IMG/VR virus record: IMGVR_UViG_3300037183_000082
Coordinates: 16,635 to 80,634 of that record
DNA length: 64,000 nucleotides
Strand: one strand, 5' to 3'
Source of the DNA: a virus
Lineage: Duplodnaviria; Caudoviricetes
Position numbers and translations under genes: made by a program. Under the pieces are notes generated by a model. The model saw nothing but the letters and a program-made list of their open reading frames with translations, made no database searches and was not told where the DNA came from. How positions within the stretch are numbered: position 1 is the stretch's first letter; each line of letters opens with the position of its first letter. Below are positions 36,475 to 44,853 of this stretch, piece by piece.

Positions 36475-37172
36475 CCGCGGCGCGTCGTGCGCGAGGCTGC
36501 GAACAGCTTGCCGGGTTTCTTCCATTCGGGGTAGCCATCGGCGAATTGTTGTGAGACCTCGCCGTTGACCATGGTGATCACGTAGCCCCCTGCGTCCATG
36601 GTGAAGGGGGCTTTCAGCTTGCCCATGTAGTCGAAGCGCGCGCCGTGGGGTGGCTGCGCGTCGAACCAGGACGGGAGCAGGAAGTTCGACACGTGCACGG
36701 GGTGCGCGTTGAGCGCGGGCGTGATGGCATAGCCGTCGTTCTCGACCGCATCGCCCAGCTCCATGGCGTACATGGTGCCGTCGGCGGCCTGGCCCCAGTA
36801 GTTGATCGTGGGGTCGCCCCACATTTCGAGCACCTCATGCGAGAGGCACGCAGCGATGCCATTCAGGCCCAGGATGGTGCCGCCGTTGTCGAGGATCGTC
36901 TTGGCGAACACCCGGGCGTAGGGCTGCCCCGTCGGCGTCTCATCGTGGTAGCCGAGTGCGCCGGCCTGGTCGGCATCGTCGAACATGAACACTTGCCAGG
37001 CACCGGGGATCGTGTGCCTGGAGTCGGCGCAGAAGGTCACCGAGGCCGGCAGGCGATTCCACGCCGGGGCTGCGTGCTTCGCGACTTGCACCGAGCACGC
37101 GTTGCACATCGCCGCGAGCAGATCTTCATGCCCAGCGAGCGCCTTCGACTTGTTCGACACCTGGATTTGCAT
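36471..37172 (-). CDS. putative Zn-binding metallopeptidase-like protein (HExxE..DP)
   Basis: GALGYH, SHEVLEMWGDP, E.GD.VE, VSNF..P.WF. Confidence 0.6.
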   Translation of the reverse strand: MQIQVSNKSKALAGHEDLLAAMCNACSVQVAKHAAPAWNRLPASVTFCADSRHTIPGAWQVFMFDDADQAGALGYHDETPTGQPYARVFAKTILDNGGTILGLNGIAACLSHEVLEMWGDPTINYWGQAADGTMYAMELGDAVENDGYAITPALNAHPVHVSNFLLPSWFDAQPPHGARFDYMGKLKAPFTMDAGGYVITMVNGEVSQQFADGYPEWKKPGKLFAASRTTRRG

Positions 37173-37179
37173 GGCGTCG

Positions 37180-37188
37180 AGCGTATCA
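37180..37188 (-). promoter_or_regulatory. extended -10 TGATACGCT, leaderless promoter
   Basis: 7 nt before ATG 37172; identical at 37536-37544 and 39010-39018. Confidence 0.7.
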
Positions 37189-37198
37189 CGGCACCCGC

Positions 37199-37528
37199 TC
37201 AGGCCTGCGCGCAGGCGTCGAGGATCGAGATGCGCGTCGAGAGTGCCGTGGCCTTGTCCGCATCCGACATCGTTGCGATTGCAGCGTCGCTCGGGTAGCC
37301 CTGGGCGCTGAGACACGCACTGAAGCGCTGCGCTGTCTTCTGCTGCGCAGCGTTGCGCCACAGCACGAACGCGAGCGCTGCGACGAGCCCGCCACCGAGG
37401 CCGACAGCGGTCCCCACCAAGTGGTTCTTGCGCTTGCCGATCGTGAGCCCCGCGAGGCCACCCCCGGCGACGAGCATGGTGGGCACGAGGTAGGGGACGA
37501 TGGGGCTCGGCATGTTCGTGGTGACCAT
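37199..37528 (-). CDS. small two-TM membrane protein
   Basis: two hydrophobic helices; start fixed by the -10 motif. Confidence 0.75.
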   Translation of the reverse strand: MVTTNMPSPIVPYLVPTMLVAGGGLAGLTIGKRKNHLVGTAVGLGGGLVAALAFVLWRNAAQQKTAQRFSACLSAQGYPSDAAIATMSDADKATALSTRISILDACAQA

Positions 37529-37535
37529 GCCCAAG

Positions 37536-37544
37536 AGCGTATCA
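37536..37544 (-). promoter_or_regulatory. extended -10 TGATACGCT, leaderless promoter
   Basis: 7 nt before ATG 37528. Confidence 0.7.
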
Positions 37545-37978
37545 CGAGGGTCGTTTATGCCGACCTTTGGCGGTTTATCGAGGGCCCCAAAGACGCACGG
37601 CCCGAGCTTTCGCCCGAGCCGATTGTACAAAGCCTTCTCGCCTGCTGCAGACAGGTTTCTCGGCTTGGGGCGAAAGTGGCAACTTCGGTTGCAGGTGGCA
37701 AGTCGAAAAGCGCGCCGTTTGAATTCTCATCCGGGTGCGCGCGCCCCCAAAACGCGCTGGCAACGGGCTCGGTAGCTGGCCTAAGAGCTTGCACTGCGCA
37801 CCCTCGCGGGTGGCTCTGGGTCTTTCAGGGGTACTCGGCTGCCAGCGCCTACTACAACCCCTTGTTCGGTGGGCCCCTTGCCTGCCCCTCAGCATAAACC
37901 AACGGCCGGGCCGCGCGTGGCGGACCGTCCGGGGGTGGGGTGCCATTGCTGACGCCGCCTTCTTGTTGAACAACCAAA

Positions 37979-37994
37979 TAGGCCCGAAGGGCCC
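37979..37994 (-). terminator. GGCCC-TTC-GGGCC hairpin, probable terminator
   Basis: just after the 38001 stop and followed by a T-rich tract; identical 16-mer at 23576-23591. Confidence 0.55.
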
Positions 37995-38000
37995 CTCTGG

Positions 38001-38237
38001 TCAAGCGCTACAGCGACGTCGCGGAATCGACTTGCTCGAAACGAGCCTGTCGTTGCGCCAGCACTGTTTGTGACAGTACGTCCTGCCACCCGCTTTGATC
38101 TTCACCGGCTCGCAATGCAGCTTCGCCCGAGCCCGCTTGCGCGCGAGACGCCCGAGGCCACGCAAGCCCGACCGAGGGTGCTTGAGGCACTTCCCAGTCG
38201 TCTTGCTCACGCCACGTTTGCAGACACGCTTTTTCAC
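38001..38237 (-). CDS. Arg/Lys-rich basic protein (putative DNA-condensing core protein)
   Basis: C..GVSK.TG.CLKH motif, SGLRGLG, GTGA coupling. Confidence 0.7.
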   Translation of the reverse strand: MKKRVCKRGVSKTTGKCLKHPRSGLRGLGRLARKRARAKLHCEPVKIKAGGRTYCHKQCWRNDRLVSSKSIPRRRCSA

Positions 38238-38587
38238 AGCGTCTTGCATCCACTGGCGGCGGTGTTGCGCGTGATCTTGCCGCTGCGACCGCGGCAGATC
38301 TCACGACAACGGCGGTTGCCGTAGTGGCTCATCACCACTTTCTTGCAACCCGAGCCGTTGGTGCGCGAGATGGTGCGTCGCTTGGGGGCTGCGCGCTTGA
38401 TGCAGCGGCGACTGCCCGAGGCGCGCTTGACGCAACGCCCCTTGCGGGCTCCCTTGGAATGGCTCACGACCGGGCCACGCTTGCCGCCGCTCTTGCAGCG
38501 CACGAACTTGCCCTTTTTCGGGCCCCGCTCGTACTTGCACAGCTTGCCGCCCACGCGGACAAGGCCGAGCCCTTTCAGGCTCGCCAT
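38234..38587 (-). CDS. very basic Cys-punctuated protein (putative core protein)
   Basis: MASLKGLG start, repeated C-(basic)-C units, GAGGA RBS. Confidence 0.75.
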   Translation of the reverse strand: MASLKGLGLVRVGGKLCKYERGPKKGKFVRCKSGGKRGPVVSHSKGARKGRCVKRASGSRRCIKRAAPKRRTISRTNGSGCKKVVMSHYGNRRCREICRGRSGKITRNTAASGCKTL

Positions 38588-38591
38588 GTCC

Positions 38592-38687
38592 TCACCGCCC
38601 CTTGCGGCGAGACTTGCGCGACTTGCGCTTGGTGCCCGAGCACTTGGTGAAGCGCCCCTTGGCGGTACGGCAGATTCGTCGAGCCAT
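38592..38687 (-). CDS. 31-aa protamine-like peptide MARRICRTAKGRFTKCSGTKRKSRKSRRKGR (not in ORF track)
   Basis: GGAGG RBS; TG-A-TATCCT promoter at 38745-38753. Confidence 0.65.
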   Translation of the reverse strand: MARRICRTAKGRFTKCSGTKRKSRKSRRKGR

Positions 38688-38780
38688 GTTGTCCTCCCTG
38701 TTCTTGTCGGTGGGGCCCACCGACATTCGGAGGGCTTGCTCGACAGGATATCACGGTGCGTGCGGAATCCGCGCGCACGG

Positions 38781-39002
38781 TTAGCGGCGGGGAATTCCCG
38801 CAAAGATCAGGTTGTCGGAGCGCTCGCCCGCGTGCCCGAGCCCCACGACCTTCGGGCCGTTGCACCCGCAGTCGCCGAGCCCTGCTGTCGTGGCAGCTGG
38901 CGCGAGTGCGCGTGAACGCATGTAGGCGGCCCAGCCTACCCAGGCTGCGCCGCCGATTCCGAGCACCGTCAAAGCGCCCTTCAGGTTGGAGTTTTTCGCC
39001 AT
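38781..39002 (-). CDS. small single-TM protein
   Basis: TM plus two GLG motifs; leaderless -10 box. Confidence 0.75.
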   Translation of the reverse strand: MAKNSNLKGALTVLGIGGAAWVGWAAYMRSRALAPAATTAGLGDCGCNGPKVVGLGHAGERSDNLIFAGIPRR

Positions 39003-39009
39003 GCGTAGG

Positions 39010-39018
39010 AGCGTATCA
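39010..39018 (-). promoter_or_regulatory. extended -10 TGATACGCT, leaderless promoter
   Basis: 7 nt before ATG 39002. Confidence 0.7.
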
Positions 39019-39056
39019 CAGGCCTTTGCGGGCCCGGGCGCGCACCAACCTGTCCT

Positions 39057-39362
39057 TTACACGCCTTCCCAGAAATCGCCTAGGTTCCACACGTCTTGTA
39101 CAGCGCTCTTGATCGACGCGATCAGATCGTGTTCCGGCGCGGGGTGCGTCACGAGACCGTTTGCACGCTCGCGCCCGTACACAAAAACGCGCGTATCGCT
39201 ACGTTCAGCAAGCTCACACTGCACTGTGACGCCGGGATAGAGCCCTGAGAGGTACTCGACAACATGGCGACAGAAGTTCGCTTGATCGTTGTCACTCCAT
39301 TCACAGCCAGCGTCGGATGACGATTCGACCCGGATCGATCCGAGATTGTTGATAGCGGGCAT
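39057..39362 (-). CDS. hypothetical protein
   Basis: AGGACAGACC-ATG start. Confidence 0.7.
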   Translation of the reverse strand: MPAINNLGSIRVESSSDAGCEWSDNDQANFCRHVVEYLSGLYPGVTVQCELAERSDTRVFVYGRERANGLVTHPAPEHDLIASIKSAVQDVWNLGDFWEGV

Positions 39363-39427
39363 GGTCTGTCCTATCTGCACGCCCATGACGTGCGTTTTTG
39401 GCGCCGATCCAAGATCGGCGCGTCACT

Positions 39428-39625
39428 TCATACACGGCTGAACCTATCGAGAATGCCGCCCTTTACAGCGACCTCTTGACTCGCTCTAACGTAAGCAGTC
39501 TCATAAAGGTTGTGCTTCCGGGCAGCATCTACGCGGTACGATCCAGCCCACACGCCCGCCGAATCGTAAAGGGTGACGATTCCGCGAACTTTCGAGACTG
39601 TCTCAAGCTTCGCAGTGAACCTCAC
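39428..39625 (-). CDS. hypothetical protein
   Basis: GTGA coupling. Confidence 0.5.
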   Translation of the reverse strand: MRFTAKLETVSKVRGIVTLYDSAGVWAGSYRVDAARKHNLYETAYVRASQEVAVKGGILDRFSRV

Positions 39626-39843
39626 AGCGCGCTCGCTATCGGACGCACTTGGTGCGCGACAAAGCGAACCTCGCACCCGTCGAATGTACCGCCCACGTGC
39701 CGCACGATCGCGCAACCTGTAACAGGCGCCCACCGCACGAACGTGTAGCCAGTGGACCACGCCAACAGGGCGGGCGACGCGGCGACGACATGGCCGACCT
39801 GCACGGGCTCACCTTCCCGGTACGATACCGTGATGCTTTTCAT
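39622..39843 (-). CDS. hypothetical protein
   Basis: GAAAGGACAG start motif. Confidence 0.7.
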   Translation of the reverse strand: MKSITVSYREGEPVQVGHVVAASPALLAWSTGYTFVRWAPVTGCAIVRHVGGTFDGCEVRFVAHQVRPIASAL

Positions 39844-39897
39844 GGTCTGCTGTCCTTTCACTACAAGAGACGATCGGCGTGGTGGCGATCTGACACT

Positions 39898-40101
39898 TCA
39901 GGTGCGCGAGTAGCGGATCGTCAAACCAGCCTTTAGCCTTTCGATTTCAGCGCGTGTCAGTTTCCTGCAAGGGACACTCTGCTTTCTTGCCGCGCCATGT
40001 GATGCGCAGTAGCTGTAGCCCTTGTTGTCGATGTGAGTCACGGTGCAGGTGCAAGCCGTTGTCATATCGCACTGAAGCGCACCTGTTTTTTCATTGAACA
40101 T
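39898..40101 (-). CDS. small Cys-rich hypothetical protein
   Basis: GAAAGGACAG start motif. Confidence 0.7.
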   Translation of the reverse strand: MFNEKTGALQCDMTTACTCTVTHIDNKGYSYCASHGAARKQSVPCRKLTRAEIERLKAGLTIRYSRT

Positions 40102-40121
40102 GGTCGTGCTGTCCTTTCGAG

Positions 40122-40313
40122 CTAGCGCACCTTTACAACGGTGATCTGATACTCGGATCCGTCGCTCCCGTAGCGCACGACGATCCCGTCGTCTTCCGTG
40201 AGCAAGTTCGCTTCTGCGAACGTCCGAACGTGCACAGTCTGATCACCGTTCGGCAGTAGCTCTAGATCGACTAGCGCGTGGGCGAGCCGTTGCGCCATCT
40301 CGTAGTCGGTCAC
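40122..40313 (-). CDS. hypothetical protein
   Basis: GTGA coupling, GAGAGG RBS. Confidence 0.65.
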   Translation of the reverse strand: MTDYEMAQRLAHALVDLELLPNGDQTVHVRTFAEANLLTEDDGIVVRYGSDGSEYQITVVKVR

Positions 40314-40573
40314 GGTCCGTACCCCTCTCCCTCATAGGCGCCTGTAGCGCTTGCCGTGATCTCGTGGCGATCCGCGTCGTAAGCGCGGCGGGCGTCGCCG
40401 ATCCTTTCGAGCGCCTGATCCCAGGTGAGCGTCCCTTCGACGTCGCGCGCGCGCCTGATGTGGCGCAGCTCATCCTGAAATTCCGCCGCGCGGGCGGCCA
40501 GCGTGGTTTGTAGGTGGTTAGGCACGGTGACCTGCCTTTCGTGCGATTTCGCGGTCAAGGCGCCTACTTTCAT
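40310..40573 (-). CDS. hypothetical protein
   Basis: operon ORF; start uncertain. Confidence 0.5.
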   Translation of the reverse strand: MKVGALTAKSHERQVTVPNHLQTTLAARAAEFQDELRHIRRARDVEGTLTWDQALERIGDARRAYDADRHEITASATGAYEGEGYGP

Positions 40574-40745
40574 CGGCGCACAGCTCGCTTTGTCCGGCGT
40601 AGGCCTGTTGGGCTTGCCGACACACGCGCCCGTCGGGCCGATCGTGGTCGCGCATAAAGCCGGCGTAGTCTGTAGACCACGTGCGAGCCTTGCAGTGCGG
40701 ACACTGGATCCGCGTGTCGACGTTCAGGCGTGCCATGGCGATCAC
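40518..40745 (-). CDS. small Zn-ribbon-like protein
   Basis: CPHC...H...C. Confidence 0.55.
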   Translation of the reverse strand: MIAMARLNVDTRIQCPHCKARTWSTDYAGFMRDHDRPDGRVCRQAQQAYAGQSELCADESRRLDREIARKAGHRA

Positions 40746-41110
40746 CCGATCCTTTCGATCTTGCGTTCAGCGTCGGTGCCGTTGGCGACCAGCGACAGCA
40801 CGTAGGCTCCCGCGTCGAACAAGAAAGCGTGTTCAGCAATCGGTTCGTTGCCCGAACGTCGTGCGATCGAAAGGATCCCGATCGCGACGCCCATTTGACG
40901 CTCCGCACGGGCAAGCGTGATCAGTCGATCGCGAAAGGTGGCCGCGTCTAGGCAAGCGCGGTAGGCGCTAGCAGCCGTGGAAAGCGCTTCAAGATACTGG
41001 AACCACGCCGGTTCAAGCGAGCGTTCAAAGGTTTCGTTCTCGTAGACTTCTGCAATTTCGTTCAGCCTACGGATCAGATCGTGCGTCGACATGCTTGCAA
41101 CGGAAGTCAT
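40742..41110 (-). CDS. hypothetical protein
   Basis: GAAAGGACAG start motif. Confidence 0.7.
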   Translation of the reverse strand: MTSVASMSTHDLIRRLNEIAEVYENETFERSLEPAWFQYLEALSTAASAYRACLDAATFRDRLITLARAERQMGVAIGILSIARRSGNEPIAEHAFLFDAGAYVLSLVANGTDAERKIERIG

Positions 41111-41161
41111 GGTCCTACTGTCCTTTCGTGTCCAGATTGACGGGCAAGCTTGCCCGGGTAT

Positions 41162-41530
41162 TCAGTCGATTTTCGCGGATTCCGCCGCGCGCTTTGCGTT
41201 GTTACGCTCGAAAGTTGCGGTGTACTCCGCAGCGCGAACCCACGACGCAGCTTTCAGGAAGGCGACAAAAGCAGACTCGCCCATAGGAGCCATTTGCGGA
41301 AAGTCGCTGCAGCGGGGAATGCGGACACAAACACGAAACTTGCGTTTCTCTTCTGAGATCACGTGCGTCGCTTCGTTCAGATCGCGCGCGATCACGTCGG
41401 ACCAATAACCGTGAACTTGACTCGGGAGCACGCGCAAGTCCGCTTCGGAGAGGTACAGACGTGATGCAGACGCGTCAACCTTGGCTTGCCGGACGTACTC
41501 TAGAGCCGCTTCAATCGTTTCGAGCTTCAT
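41162..41530 (-). CDS. hypothetical protein
   Basis: GGGAG RBS; MKLETIEAAL start. Confidence 0.65.
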   Translation of the reverse strand: MKLETIEAALEYVRQAKVDASASRLYLSEADLRVLPSQVHGYWSDVIARDLNEATHVISEEKRKFRVCVRIPRCSDFPQMAPMGESAFVAFLKAASWVRAAEYTATFERNNAKRAAESAKID

Positions 41531-41579
41531 TGTCCGTACTCCCTGTGTTCTGTCCAGATTGACGCTAGAGTCTGTTCGG

Positions 41580-41783
41580 CTATTCAGCCTGCAAGGCGAG
41601 ATCATCGATCGCGATCTTGCGCCAATCGCCGATCTGCCGGTCCCACACAGTGACGCTAGGCGCGAATCCAAGCTCGACAAGCTCGATTGCGTACGCGTAG
41701 GCACGCGTTGCCGTGAAAAACTCGCGTCTATCGGCCTCATGCGTAGGATTCTCGACTTTGATTTCAGCTGTGCAAAATGACAC
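41580..41783 (-). CDS. hypothetical protein
   Basis: first gene of the leftward array. Confidence 0.6.
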   Translation of the reverse strand: MSFCTAEIKVENPTHEADRREFFTATRAYAYAIELVELGFAPSVTVWDRQIGDWRKIAIDDLALQAE

Positions 41784-41838
41784 GGCGCGCTCCTAGTTTG
41801 GGCCCGGTTCTACCCGGGTTTCATGTCAGACTTTGCCG

Positions 41839-41916
41839 TGTCCAGATTTATTCAAATCTTGTTGTGTTACTATGGTAACACAAAAGAACTTGGCTAGGAT
41901 TGAATAACTGTCCAGA
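41839..41916. promoter_or_regulatory. divergent control region with palindrome and TGTCCAGA boxes
   Basis: TTGTGTTAC-TATG-GTAACACAA (41862-41883) flanked by TATTCAA/TTGAATA and TGTCCAGA at 41839 and 41909. Confidence 0.65.
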
Positions 41917-41996
41917 CTGGCCCGTCTATCTTGCCGTAACGAGAACCTGGCACGGTCCTGAAACCGTGGCCACACGGAAGCAAGGCAAGCTGAACC

Positions 41997-42227
41997 ATGG
42001 ACATTCCGGTCATACCCGTAGCATCCACGGCAGTACGGATCCGAGTCACGGATCAGGGTCAGTACCTGGCCGTGATTCCGTGGACGTGGACCGACGATTA
42101 CGGTTCACCCCTGGCCGGCGTAGTGGACGCGATCCGCGATGCCCTTCGGATCCGTGACGTGCGTTGCCCGTGTCTCACGGTTTACGACTCGGCAGATAGC
42201 CGAGTCTTTGATCTCACCTTCGGTTGA
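41997..42227 (+). CDS. hypothetical protein
   Basis: first gene of the rightward array. Confidence 0.6.
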   Translation: MDIPVIPVASTAVRIRVTDQGQYLAVIPWTWTDDYGSPLAGVVDAIRDALRIRDVRCPCLTVYDSADSRVFDLTFG

Positions 42228-42242
42228 AAGGACAGAACGACC

Positions 42243-42605
42243 ATGGCTCCCAGAAAGTCTGCACTGACACAACGGCTTGAAACCGAGCTAGCTACCGCGA
42301 AGCACGAGCTTGCCGCGGCCCATGAATGGTTCACGTTGACGCAACGCGCGGCCCCTCCGATCTATCTGGCCATCACGCTGGACTGGACTGGAACGGGTGA
42401 CGATACGCGCACAATCCTTGTGACGGTCCTGGGGCCCGAACGTATGTGCGGTGGAGTCGCGATCGTGACTGACGCAAGCCCGGACTATCCTCGGTTTCTT
42501 GGCGGATTGATCGTGGACTGGCAACGGTCGCCCTACTGGGAGTTACGGGAAGCTGCGGTCAAGCTGCAACGGATTCAAACCGACGCAGTAAGCAAGGTCG
42601 GGTGA
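42243..42605 (+). CDS. hypothetical protein
   Basis: GAAAGGACAG start motif. Confidence 0.7.
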   Translation: MAPRKSALTQRLETELATAKHELAAAHEWFTLTQRAAPPIYLAITLDWTGTGDDTRTILVTVLGPERMCGGVAIVTDASPDYPRFLGGLIVDWQRSPYWELREAAVKLQRIQTDAVSKVG

Positions 42606-42609
42606 AGCT

Positions 42610-42879
42610 GTGGGCCCGACCTTCGATCCTACCGTCGCGATCTTCCGCTTGGCCGTCAAGCTCTCGGTTGGCGCAGTGATCCAGCTTCCCGACAGCACGG
42701 GCCAAGTTTTCAGCGTGGGCCCATACCTCACGGCATGCGGAGACTGGTCTACCCGGTTTGCTGCGTTCGTTGGGCCTGAGATCTGGCCTATCGCCGATGC
42801 CTGCGACGGGGCCCGGCTTGCCGCCCAGCTGGCTTGCCCGGTCGCCTTGCAGGCCTGGCTGAACGAGCATGCGGCCTGA
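42610..42879 (+). CDS. hypothetical protein
   Basis: operon ORF. Confidence 0.55.
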   Translation: MGPTFDPTVAIFRLAVKLSVGAVIQLPDSTGQVFSVGPYLTACGDWSTRFAAFVGPEIWPIADACDGARLAAQLACPVALQAWLNEHAA

Positions 42880-42956
42880 ACTTTCTTTGTCCAGACTTAG
42901 AATAGAGTCTGGCCAGTATCGTCTCAAGTAGCGAACCTGAACACGGAGCTAGGGCC

Positions 42957-43193
42957 ATGGAGTACGTCGCACGCAAGAATCAACACGGGCAGACCTGCAT
43001 CATTCAGGCACACACGGCAGATCTCCCCCACGTTTCAGTGAGTTTCTACGATGGTGGGATCTACATGGGCGGGGAATGCGCGGTGCTTCCCGGCGAGACG
43101 AACGAACAGGCAGCACTGCGCGCGTTTGGGCGCCGGATCGCTAACAAGTGGCTCGACACGTTGACCGTCACCCCGATCGTTTGGCGCAGCTAG
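42957..43193 (+). CDS. hypothetical protein
   Basis: GGAG RBS. Confidence 0.6.
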   Translation: MEYVARKNQHGQTCIIQAHTADLPHVSVSFYDGGIYMGGECAVLPGETNEQAALRAFGRRIANKWLDTLTVTPIVWRS

Positions 43194-43287
43194 TTCGCTT
43201 GATCCTCCGCCCTGCAAGCGAGCCTGCAAGGTTCGCGCGGTAGGTACGCACGATCACACGGTACGAAACGAAAGGACAGAAACGACC

Positions 43288-43863
43288 ATGGCACTGATTG
43301 AAGCGCTTGCGCGGGCCGTAGCTCGCGAGTTGTCTGCGGGCGACACGGAAACGTGGGTTGCGACCTGTCAGGCCGACCCGGAACGGGCCCGCATTCAGCG
43401 TGGCATGTCGACTTTCGCGGTACGCCTGTACCGTGAATGGGGCAGCAAGGGCCGTTTCACGGTCTGCGCAGACTTGCCGAGCAAGGGCCCCACGGGTAGC
43501 TCACTTTCCGTGCTCCGCTACAACGAAAAGCTTGCGGAGATCACGGTAGCAGATACGCGCACGCCGACGGCCATCGCAAACGAGATCCGGCGTCGCTTGC
43601 TCCCGACGGCACTTGTTCAGCACGATCAAGCCGTAGCGATTGTGCGCAACGCATGGGAGTACGCGGAAACCACGGATCGCGTGGCGCGCAAGCTTGCCAA
43701 GTTCGGCCACACGGGAAGCAATCCCGACGCGATCCACGTGACGGACGGGCCCACTGTGCATGTGCAAGGCAACTCGGTTCGGTTTGAAACCTTCTACGTG
43801 CCTGCAGACCTGGCAGAGAAACTCTTGACCGTGCTCGCAGCGGAGACTCGGAAGGCGAGCTAG
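43288..43863 (+). CDS. hypothetical protein
   Basis: GAAAGGACAG start motif; 191 aa. Confidence 0.75.
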   Translation: MALIEALARAVARELSAGDTETWVATCQADPERARIQRGMSTFAVRLYREWGSKGRFTVCADLPSKGPTGSSLSVLRYNEKLAEITVADTRTPTAIANEIRRRLLPTALVQHDQAVAIVRNAWEYAETTDRVARKLAKFGHTGSNPDAIHVTDGPTVHVQGNSVRFETFYVPADLAEKLLTVLAAETRKAS

Positions 43864-43946
43864 GTCTACCGCCCGCCCCTGCCCGTGAGCCGCAAGGCTC
43901 GCGCTACAGCTGCGAACGGTTCACCCGTTGAAAGGACAGATCGACC

Positions 43947-44483
43947 ATGGCCCCGAAGCGAACCAAAAAAGCCAAGTCGGACACGCGCGCGCAGCTCCAT
44001 GCGGCTCGGGTCGCGTTGCGGGAAGCGCGCAACGCCCATGCGCGGGACACCACGCGACGCACCTACGATGGCGCGACCTTGCGCGACGATATCGAGCTTG
44101 CGCGCGCGGCTGTAACGGACGCCACGAACGAGATCAAGACTGTGATCGATGGCTACCAGGCCTTGATCGCGCGCTACGCGAGCGCGCTAGATCTGTTCGG
44201 CACGGGTGAGCACTGCGAGCACCTGCTAGGTGTGGCGGCAGAAGCGCGGGGCCTTGCGGACTCGGCAGAGAATCGCTTGACTGAGTTGTCAGAAGCAATC
44301 GAAGCGCACGAAAGCGAGCTAGACGACACTCACAATCTGATCGCAAGTGAGCTTGACGCCGCGATCGCCCTTGCGCGTGCAGTCCAGGCACCCCAGCTGC
44401 GCCCTAGCACGTGGGAGACCCTTGAAGATCAGGCCTATCGCGTCGAGAACGAGCTGCGCGATCTGACAGTCGGGGTGTTGTGA
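43947..44483 (+). CDS. coiled-coil hypothetical protein
   Basis: GAAAGGACAG start motif. Confidence 0.75.
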   Translation: MAPKRTKKAKSDTRAQLHAARVALREARNAHARDTTRRTYDGATLRDDIELARAAVTDATNEIKTVIDGYQALIARYASALDLFGTGEHCEHLLGVAAEARGLADSAENRLTELSEAIEAHESELDDTHNLIASELDAAIALARAVQAPQLRPSTWETLEDQAYRVENELRDLTVGVL

Positions 44484-44773
44484 TGGCAAGCGAGCGCGAT
44501 CCAGGCACGAAAACGACCGTGCCCTTCCATATCTGGAAACATAACGTGCAGATCGCAGCGATCGCGCAAGGTGCTCCCGGCGAGCTTGTGATGCAGCTCG
44601 GCGACGAGATCACTGCGTGCGGGCAGCCGCGCCTGGCCCTTTGGTACAACACAGGGGAGCCGATCTGGATGGCTGCGCAATCGCTTGCGTTTCTCGCGAA
44701 GGGCCACGCGTTGCACGCGCGCGCCGAAAGCGATCTGAACTTCCGCCGCATGCTGGGGCGCAAAAAGTTTTGA
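44483..44773 (+). CDS. hypothetical protein
   Basis: TGATG coupling. Confidence 0.65.
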   Translation: MASERDPGTKTTVPFHIWKHNVQIAAIAQGAPGELVMQLGDEITACGQPRLALWYNTGEPIWMAAQSLAFLAKGHALHARAESDLNFRRMLGRKKF

Positions 44774-44779
44774 ATCTTC

Positions 44780-44829
44780 GTCAAGATTGCACGTCAGTCT
44801 TGACAACGAACAAACAACGGGGCTACACC
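44780..44829 (+). promoter_or_regulatory. sigma70-like promoter overlapped by an inverted-repeat operator
   Basis: TTGACA (44800)-18 nt-TACACC; GTCAAGA-N11-TCTTGAC. Confidence 0.5.
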
Positions 44830-44853
44830 AAGGGAGCCCAAAAGGACACGACC

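Noticed and set aside
37547-37978. ncRNA or gene in the ~430-bp gap
   Set aside because: No convincing long stems or protein-like ORF by eye; left unannotated
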